64,000 nt of DNA from Histomonas meleagridis 2922-C6/04-290x (lineage: Eukaryota > Protista > Parabasalia): positions 62,001 through 126,000 of the forward strand of contig JAANOX010000270.1 of assembly GCA_020184695.1 (NCBI GenBank). The letters are read 5' to 3'. Under the pieces are notes generated by a model. That model was not told the origin of the DNA and did no database searches. It saw only the letters and a list, made by a program, of their open reading frames with translations. Position 1 is the first letter of the stretch, and each line of letters begins with the position of its first letter. Made by a program: the position numbers and the translations under genes. Positions 56,803 to 64,000 of the stretch are shown here, in pieces.

Positions 56803-57708
56803 TTAATCATCTTCTATAATAGGTTCGAAATAATCGACCGAAACTTGCATTTCGTTCGATACTTTCATCACAGCTCCAGCGTTTTTCATTGACCCGCAAT
56901 AATTTGGTGCAGAAAAAACAGTACAACAACACTTATTCTCACCAAATGGAAACTCGAAACCATCCATAACCATTTCATGAGCTCTACACAACAAATCTAA
57001 TTCATTTTCATTCAAAAAATCCTCAACAACATCCGCACCAAACTCTACAGATGTACCTCGCTCACTTTCTTTCCATCCATCATGAGTAGCTCTTGGATCA
57101 GCCCAAACAATATCGGCAGCAAGTCCTTGGATTGGTATATCAAGAGGCCGTTTTATTTTCTCAATTTGTTTGCAGTTTTTGAGTTCGGGTGAAATTCCTC
57201 CATGAACACAAAAAATGCGGCCTCCAATTATGGCTGCTAAGGGAATCCAACGAAATACTTCGGTAAAGGAATACCAGAGCTTTTGGATTCCTAAGTCAAT
57301 GAACTCTTGGAAAAATCCATCTTCCCTGGAGATTTCATCAGTTTCATGATTCCCTCGTAATAAAAATATTTTATCGGGATATTTAACTTTGAGTGAAAAG
57401 AGATAAGAAATAGTTTGGATACTGTAGAGACCACGTCCAACATAATCTCCTAAAAAAAGATATTGTGTATCAGAAGGTGAGCCTTCTGTTTTGAATATAC
57501 GTAAGAGATCTTCGAATTGTCCATGAATATCGCCGCAGATAACAATTGGTGGTCTGAGTGATAAAAGAATGTTTTCTTTGCGGAAAATTCTTTCAACTAA
57601 TGAGCATAACCACATAAGTTCCTTACTTGATAGAGAGCATTTGACATCAGATAATTCATCTGGGCTTTTTTCGAGTTTAGACAAAATACTCTCTATACGG
57701 AAGCTCAT
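56803..57708 (-). CDS. PP1-like Ser/Thr phosphoprotein phosphatase
   Basis: GDIHGQ, GDYVGRG, LRGNHE, HGG, RAHE, FSAPNYCG. Confidence 0.9.
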   Translation of the reverse strand: MSFRIESILSKLEKSPDELSDVKCSLSSKELMWLCSLVERIFRKENILLSLRPPIVICGDIHGQFEDLLRIFKTEGSPSDTQYLFLGDYVGRGLYSIQTISYLFSLKVKYPDKIFLLRGNHETDEISREDGFFQEFIDLGIQKLWYSFTEVFRWIPLAAIIGGRIFCVHGGISPELKNCKQIEKIKRPLDIPIQGLAADIVWADPRATHDGWKESERGTSVEFGADVVEDFLNENELDLLCRAHEMVMDGFEFPFGENKCCCTVFSAPNYCGSMKNAGAVMKVSNEMQVSVDYFEPIIEDD

Positions 57709-57813
57709 AATGATTTTGGTTGCGTGGCAAAAAAGACGTTAACAAAATATTTTCAGTAATGAATAAACTATTCAAATAGTATGGGACTTGTGATATGAAA
57801 TTATATACAGAAA

Positions 57814-59094
57814 ATGAGCCAAAAAAAGAATTCTGAAACAAAGGTATTTAGAGATAAATCACAATCACCCGAACTCCCAAAAAGCGAACTTACTTTATAC
57901 TATGATTTAATAAAAAAATGTATATTTAATTTTAATCAATCTGTTATTTCGCAGAACATAGTAAATACTTTTCAAACATTGAAACAACTATGTGAAGTAC
58001 TTGCTATAGATTTCAAGATCTCTAAAGAACTTTTTATGGTTGATGATTTTATTCAAAACCTTACTTCTCTTTTTTATTTAAATAACTTTGAACTCATTAT
58101 AACTGCCTCTAAGGTTACTTCACTAATTTTATTTCACACAGATGATTTATTTAAAGAATTTCCCAATGACTTTTTATCAAACTTATTTTTAATCCTACAA
58201 AGTTCCCCTCAAGGTTCCAATATTACTTACTTAGTGGATCTTATTTGTAATATCTGTGCTGAAATTTCGGATTTATCTGATTATGCCAAAAATATTGATT
58301 CTCTCATTGATGCTTATAGTTCCAGATCAATAACTATTTCTTTTTCCACTCTCATTCATCAATTTTCACCATACATTTTGCCAACCAAAAATTTTTTTGA
58401 TTTTCTTTTTTCTCTTACTCAAAATTCCAATAATGAAATCACATGTATTTCCCTTTGGACGATTTCAGATATGTGTCGTATTAGAGGTACTGAGGCAACA
58501 AATTTAATAAAAGATTATTATATTACCTATTTAATTGATAAAATATCTAACAGTATTTCTCCAAAGCATATTGAAGCTTCTTTTTCGATTCTAACTTATT
58601 GCGTTTATTATTCGCAAGTTGATATTTCTATTTTCCCAATTTCTTTTTATGTGGAATTATGTCATTCTAATAATCAAATGATTCAATATGCAGCATTACA
58701 ATTCATTCAGTGCGTTTCTGTTAAGGAACCATTAATTGTTTGTCAAAGCAATGGCTTATCTTTAATTGAACTTGAAAATTTTTCTAGCTTTCGAGTTCTT
58801 AATCAAATAATTTGTATAATTTCACATATTTTAGTAGCAGCTTCTTATGAACTTCTTTCACAAATTCCACTTCAGAGAATACTTTTATTCTTACTAAACA
58901 AAATTAATGATAATGAATCTATTCAATTTACAATATTGCAATGTTTTCTTTCATTAAAGATGAAAATGGAAGCAAATAATATTCAATTTGAAATGATATT
59001 ACAAAACGTAAATGGAATAGATATAATCGAAAACATGATATGCTCTGAAAATGAAGAGGTATCAAACATAGCATTGATGATTATGCATAATTAA
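57814..59094 (+). CDS. Hypothetical ARM/HEAT-like helical repeat protein
   Basis: 426-aa intact ORF with an amphipathic helical pattern; no diagnostic motif. Confidence 0.55.
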   Translation: MSQKKNSETKVFRDKSQSPELPKSELTLYYDLIKKCIFNFNQSVISQNIVNTFQTLKQLCEVLAIDFKISKELFMVDDFIQNLTSLFYLNNFELIITASKVTSLILFHTDDLFKEFPNDFLSNLFLILQSSPQGSNITYLVDLICNICAEISDLSDYAKNIDSLIDAYSSRSITISFSTLIHQFSPYILPTKNFFDFLFSLTQNSNNEITCISLWTISDMCRIRGTEATNLIKDYYITYLIDKISNSISPKHIEASFSILTYCVYYSQVDISIFPISFYVELCHSNNQMIQYAALQFIQCVSVKEPLIVCQSNGLSLIELENFSSFRVLNQIICIISHILVAASYELLSQIPLQRILLFLLNKINDNESIQFTILQCFLSLKMKMEANNIQFEMILQNVNGIDIIENMICSENEEVSNIALMIMHN

Positions 59095-59422
59095 TATATG
59101 AAACATTAAAAAATTTCTTGGTTTTGAACATGTATAAAAATATTCAAATTGCTTTTCTCAAAAAGCAAATGACATAATTGTGAAAATTATATTTATTTTA
59201 AAATTAATCAAATTATTTGAACAGCACTAATTTATGCAGTTTAAAATGCTTTCCATAATTTCGTTATGGAAAACATGATATAAATAACAGTATCATTTAA
59301 CACTAAAAAATAAATAAAAATTTATCTAAATGTTTTTATCAAGAAAGACATTCTAACAAAATTTAAAATATTTCAATTGATAATTTATTTATTTTTTATT
59401 TATATTCAAAACATAAATAAAT

Positions 59423-60457
59423 TTATTTAACCGGCGGCTTTGGACCATTTGGAAAGTTTCTTATCATTTCCTCAGGCGTTCTCATCAACTTTAAGTACTC
59501 AGGCAAACACATATTACTTCCCGGAACTTTCACATCCTCATTAAACAACTCAGCAAAGAATGGATGCTTCATGCATTCATCCGCAGTTAATCTTTTATCA
59601 GGCGCGTATAAAAATATTTTCTGTAATAAATCCACAAAGTCGTCTTGTACATAATTAGGTAACACAGCTCTTAATGAACGAATTTTACCACCAAAAAAAG
59701 AAATTTGTTTCTTATGAACAAATGTATCTAAATCGGATTTTTGTGGTGGACCAATAATACGCATAATTCTGTTCAATAATTCGTTGTTATTCGATCCATA
59801 AAAAAGTGGTTTTCCTTGAAGTACCATTTCAGCTAATACGCAACCTGCGGCCCATGTATCAATGGCCGTGGTATAATTAGGGCAATCTAAAAGAAGCTCT
59901 GGCGCCCTGTAACATCGGGTAGAAATATATGAGACGGAAACTTCGTTGGGTAAAAGAAATTTGGCACTCCCAAAATCACATATTTGAAGGCGGCCATCTT
60001 GTGGATCAACAAGGACATTAGAGGGCTTGATATCACGATGGCAAACTCCATGATGATGTAAATATGATAAGCCTGCAAATAATTGATACCCAAATATTTT
60101 GATGTACAAAGGCAGTGGAAATGGTTGACGATTTAGAAATGTTGTCAATGATTCAGGAAGATAACCAGTGACAAGGTGAAGGTACACAGAATTGTTTGTT
60201 CCTTCTTTGGTAGTATAATGTGTTATGTATTGAAGACAATTAGGATGCTTAAGCTTGCAGACAATATCAAGTTCCCTGTTCTTAAATTTTGGATCTAGGT
60301 ATACTTTTTTAATGGCTACTTTATTTCCTTCAGAATCATTTGCAAGAAAAACAGCACCAAATGTTCCAATTCCAATTGTAGAGATTGGAGTATACCCATC
60401 GTACGTTTCTAATTTTGTTGTATGATTAGTAATGTGACTATGTGATTTATGTTTCAT
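59423..60457 (-). CDS. GSK3: GSK3-family CMGC kinase
   Basis: VAIKKV..DPKFKNRELDI, HRDIKPSN, ICDFGSAK.L, VSYISTRCYRAPEL. Confidence 0.88.
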   Translation of the reverse strand: MKHKSHSHITNHTTKLETYDGYTPISTIGIGTFGAVFLANDSEGNKVAIKKVYLDPKFKNRELDIVCKLKHPNCLQYITHYTTKEGTNNSVYLHLVTGYLPESLTTFLNRQPFPLPLYIKIFGYQLFAGLSYLHHHGVCHRDIKPSNVLVDPQDGRLQICDFGSAKFLLPNEVSVSYISTRCYRAPELLLDCPNYTTAIDTWAAGCVLAEMVLQGKPLFYGSNNNELLNRIMRIIGPPQKSDLDTFVHKKQISFFGGKIRSLRAVLPNYVQDDFVDLLQKIFLYAPDKRLTADECMKHPFFAELFNEDVKVPGSNMCLPEYLKLMRTPEEMIRNFPNGPKPPVK

Positions 60458-60599
60458 TTTGGTTAATAGTGTATCGAAAATTCAAGTTTTTCACTTTACA
60501 TGTCATAAAAAAGAACGTGGTTCGAAGTAGAGTATGGTGAGTTTTTTTATTTTAATTAGAAAATTATTCAATTTTTTTAACATAGAATGTCAATTTTTA

Positions 60600-61373
60600 A
60601 TGTCCGTTTGTTGTTCTTGCAGAAAAGAAGTTGAATTATTTGAACTTCGAAAAGATGTCAAAAAATGTGCTCAATGTTTATGCGATCAAGTTGGCCGTTC
60701 TATAATGGATTTATTTAAAAAAGGCCTAAAATTAATTCCAGCACCAGTTCATGTTTTAGTTGCTGTTTCTGGTGGGCCCTCATCTCTTGTTTTATGGGAC
60801 TTACTAAGTAAGCGTCTTAACACAACACATATTGGTAAAAGTGCTGTTGTTCGTAAATTATCTGCCATTTCCACTCAACCTCTAAATATTCCAAATCTAA
60901 TTGAAATTCCTCATTTTTCTATTCCAGACATAGTGTCGTATGCCAAAGAAAACGATTACAATTGCGTTGTTTTTGGTTTTAATGTAGATCATATATCTTT
61001 ATCCAATCTAGCTGCAGTTTCATGCGGAAGACCAGATTTATCTCCATGGCTTTCCAACGATGATTCTGAGAACTACAGACCTGTTGTAGTTCTTAAACCA
61101 GTTCGAAAATGTTTAGAATCTGAATTGAAATTTTATTGCGATCAAAACAAAATCAGTTACGACGACACGCCTTCAGCACTTTATAAAGCTTTTCCATTTG
61201 AGAATAAGTTGCTACAACGCATTAAAGAAGAAGGTCATAATGATACTTCATTTGCAGTGCAGAGAATGGGAGAAAGGCTGCAGACAATGAAACAGAGCTA
61301 CAAGTGTCCAACATGTGGACTTCCGTCTAATATAGAGGGGCCATGTCAAATGTGTTTGAAATTATCAGATTGA
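60600..61373 (+). CDS. CTU2: Cytoplasmic tRNA 2-thiolation protein 2-like
   Basis: N-terminal CxxC pairs, degenerate PP-loop VAVSGGPSS, LKPVRKCLESELKFYC and C-terminal CxxC...CxxC. ATG at 60600. Confidence 0.65.
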   Translation: MSVCCSCRKEVELFELRKDVKKCAQCLCDQVGRSIMDLFKKGLKLIPAPVHVLVAVSGGPSSLVLWDLLSKRLNTTHIGKSAVVRKLSAISTQPLNIPNLIEIPHFSIPDIVSYAKENDYNCVVFGFNVDHISLSNLAAVSCGRPDLSPWLSNDDSENYRPVVVLKPVRKCLESELKFYCDQNKISYDDTPSALYKAFPFENKLLQRIKEEGHNDTSFAVQRMGERLQTMKQSYKCPTCGLPSNIEGPCQMCLKLSD

Positions 61374-62508
61374 AAGCATCATAAATATTTATAAAAAAAT
61401 TGGTTTTGTTTATCATGTATTGTTATTTTCTGGAAAAGAAAAACTTTTTTGGTATTAATTTTAGTTCATTATGTTTACTTGAATGCTTTGATTATGTATT
61501 TCAAAAATTTGAATTTATTCTGATATATCATCTAAGCAGTATTATTTTTTTATTATAATGTTAATAATAAGTAATTTTTATAGATTATTTATAATAGGTG
61601 TATAAACTTAAAATATTAATATTTTAATTGTCATTTATATATAAACAAAATTATATGTATATGTCGTTAATATTATCACATAATATTTTATTAAAAAAAA
61701 AATCTTGCTTTTTCCGGAAGAAATTTTTAGAATCAAATAATATTTTTGAAATTGTATAAATTAAAACTATCTCAAGAAAAGATAATAAAAACTATATTAG
61801 AAATAATAATCATAGATGAACAATTCATTTGAATGCATGAAAACTTAGTTTTTATAAGAACAAATTGAAGTTATTATGTCCCCAAAGCAGATTTTAAAAA
61901 TATAATCTGTTCAAACTCTTACTTGTTGGTTTCCGAGTGAAAAAATAAATATAATTGAATATCATAATAATTTCTAAATCGAAGCATACTTGCATTAAAT
62001 ATCAATAAAAATATCACAAGATAAACCAATATATATATATATATAATTTTTTTACATATATTAAAAAGCAAAGAAATTTTTCATCAAATTTATTTTGAAA
62101 ATAAATTAATAATTTTGATTTTAAATTTATAACAAGAGAAAAAATATTTCAATTTTTTTTATTAAACAAAATTAACATCTCTTATTTTGAATTGTACTTT
62201 CACATTGAAATGTGTATTTCAATTCTTTCTTTATGACTTGATAAAGTACACATCAACATTTTCCCCGTGAAGTCCAGTGATCGATGCGACAGCGCTTTCA
62301 TGATCAGCAACTCCATTTCTCATAATTTTTGCAAAAAAAAACATTTAAAATTTTGATTCTATACCATGTGCAAAAAGCAATTTTTCATTTTTACACACAT
62401 CACATATTTTAACGAAAATTCTTGAAAAGGTTGAGCAAAGATTGTACAAAATAAAGCTTAGAATATAATTCCCACTTTTTGATATTCTTGATTCAAGCTT
62501 GCTCCAAC

Positions 62509-63507
62509 ATGAAGAAGGTACGTTTTGGTGTTATTGGAACAAATTTTATTACAGATTGGGTTATTGAAGGTGCAAAACTAGACACCAGATTTGAGTTAAC
62601 AGCAGTTTATTCACGAACTCAAGAAAGAGCCAATGAATTTGCTTTAAAGCATCAAATTCTTCATACTTTTACTTCTTTAACAGACATGGCCAAAAGTCCT
62701 CTTATTGATGCTGTTTATATTGCTTCACCAAATTTCTTGCATTGCCAACAAAGCATACTTTTTATGCAGAATGGCAAACATGTTCTTTGTGAAAAACCTC
62801 TCGCTTCAAATTCTAAAGAGGTACTTGATATGATTGCAACATCAAAAAAGTATGGAGTCACTCTTATGGAAGCCATGAAATCAACACTTGCACCAAGTTT
62901 CAAAGTATTACAATCGTATGTTCCGAAATTAGGAACTATTCGTCGTTACTTTTCATCTTATTGCCAATACTCATCCCGCTATGACAAATTTAAAGAAGGA
63001 ATTGTTCTCAATGCATTCAATCCCGAATATTCAAATGGAGCAATCATGGATATTGGCGTCTACACAATTTATCCCATGGTTGTTCTTTTTGGTCGACCAA
63101 AAAAAATTATTGCAAACGGAATTGTTCTAAGTTCTGGTGCAGATGGACAAGGAACTGTTGTTTGCGAATATGATGGATTTGATGCCACTGTTATACATTC
63201 AAAAATTGCAGATTCTTCATTGCCATCTGAAATACAAGGAGAAAATGGAAGCCTTATTATGAATAGAATAAATAAAATTGAAGAAGTGACATGGAATCCA
63301 AGAAAATCATCTCCAGAAAAACTTGCTGAAGGAATGGAGAAAAACGAATATTATTACGAAATTGAAGAGTTTATTAACTTAATAGAAAACGGTAAAATTC
63401 AATCAGAAATCAACACGCATCAAAACTCCCTTATGACAATTGAGATCATTGATGAAGTAAGAAGACAATTGGGTGTCAAGTATCCAGCAGATAATTTTTT
63501 AGAATAG
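62509..63507 (+). CDS. Gfo/Idh/MocA-family oxidoreductase, bacterial-like
   Basis: RFGVIGTNFI, DAVYIASPNFLH, KHVLCEKP, GAIMDIGVY. ATG at 62509. Confidence 0.9.
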   Translation: MKKVRFGVIGTNFITDWVIEGAKLDTRFELTAVYSRTQERANEFALKHQILHTFTSLTDMAKSPLIDAVYIASPNFLHCQQSILFMQNGKHVLCEKPLASNSKEVLDMIATSKKYGVTLMEAMKSTLAPSFKVLQSYVPKLGTIRRYFSSYCQYSSRYDKFKEGIVLNAFNPEYSNGAIMDIGVYTIYPMVVLFGRPKKIIANGIVLSSGADGQGTVVCEYDGFDATVIHSKIADSSLPSEIQGENGSLIMNRINKIEEVTWNPRKSSPEKLAEGMEKNEYYYEIEEFINLIENGKIQSEINTHQNSLMTIEIIDEVRRQLGVKYPADNFLE

Positions 63508-63537
63508 AAATAATATAACTAAAATTTCTTTTTATCA

Positions 63538-64000
63538 ATGGACTTCATATTTTTCTTGAAATTAATGAATTATTGTGGAATGGGCCGATATTTTAAACGT
63601 CCGCTTTTCACTTCACATGGGGTACCCCTACATAAAATTTTAGAAAATTTTAAGAATTCTGAAGGTTTGTTCGAACACAAAAACTTTCTCATGGAAGATA
63701 GAGTTTTCATGAGAGAAACATCAAATGTAATAATTTTGTCAGGATGGCTAGTACGCAGGTTTACCATTGGAATGACTGCTAAGAGATTTTGTGTCTTATC
63801 AGACAATCAATTGTATGTTTAAATTTTAACATCAGAATTATTGCAAAAAAAGAAAATTTTTCAAAAATTGACACCATAGTTAAAATTCATCCAGGAACAA
63901 GCATTCAAATTGTTGATGGCGAAAAATATTTTAGATTTCGTGTTGAAGATGAATCAAAAAATCCCATTCTTTTGGAAGCCAAATCATTGGAATCAATGAT
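63538..64000 (+). CDS. PH-domain protein, 5' part; exons 63538-63812 and 63836 to window end
   Basis: Splicing gives ILSGWLVRR...KRFCVLSDNQL|IIAKKENFSKIDTIVKI...FRFRV..., a PH-like beta-strand pattern open to position 64000. Confidence 0.7.
63813..63835 (+). other. Spliceosomal mini-intron, 23 nt
   Basis: GTATGTTTAAATTTTAACATCAG: GTATGT donor, TTAAC branch, CAG acceptor. It contains the in-frame TAA and its removal restores the frame. Confidence 0.85.

Noticed and set aside
62240-62330. 30-codon GC-richer - strand mini-ORF (MRNGVADHESAVASITG...)
   Set aside because: May be a gene fragment, but I cannot assign a family.
1-64000. tRNA, rRNA or telomeric repeats
   Set aside because: GTTCGA-like hits lack cloverleaf context or lie in CDS; no rRNA-like GC-rich tract or telomeric array was seen.

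Overview
AT-rich, gene-dense eukaryotic DNA, inferred to be parabasalid (Trichomonas/Tritrichomonas-like). The evidence is DUF3447-type ankyrin genes, a BspA-like surface protein, an IBP39/IBD-domain factor, a TM-PAS adenylyl cyclase and two trichomonad-type GT-AG introns (94 nt and 23 nt). Conserved genes (ALDH, NTF2, STE20/CAMK/GSK3 kinases, ARP2, HSBP1, BAP31, BRWD-like, RRP12, Ran, PP1-like, CTU2, ZIP4-like) alternate with decayed accessory zones holding gene fragments, a DDE transposase remnant and five ankyrin loci. The main discovery is in those loci. The beta-hairpin linker of each ankyrin repeat (D-x-x-G-x-T) is encoded as single codons, each preceded by a 17-nt T-rich, non-GT-AG spacer, giving a strict 20-nt period. 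Removing the spacers restores canonical loops (DNYGQT, NKDGKT, NEYGIT) and continuous ORFs to an intact terminal repeat. In one locus the cassettes are expanded to 3-12 per loop, at positions known to set ankyrin binding specificity. This points to an apparently undescribed non-canonical excision system (RNA or DNA level) with possible combinatorial diversification. Expression and mechanism are untested. All family assignments are from motif recognition, not database searches.
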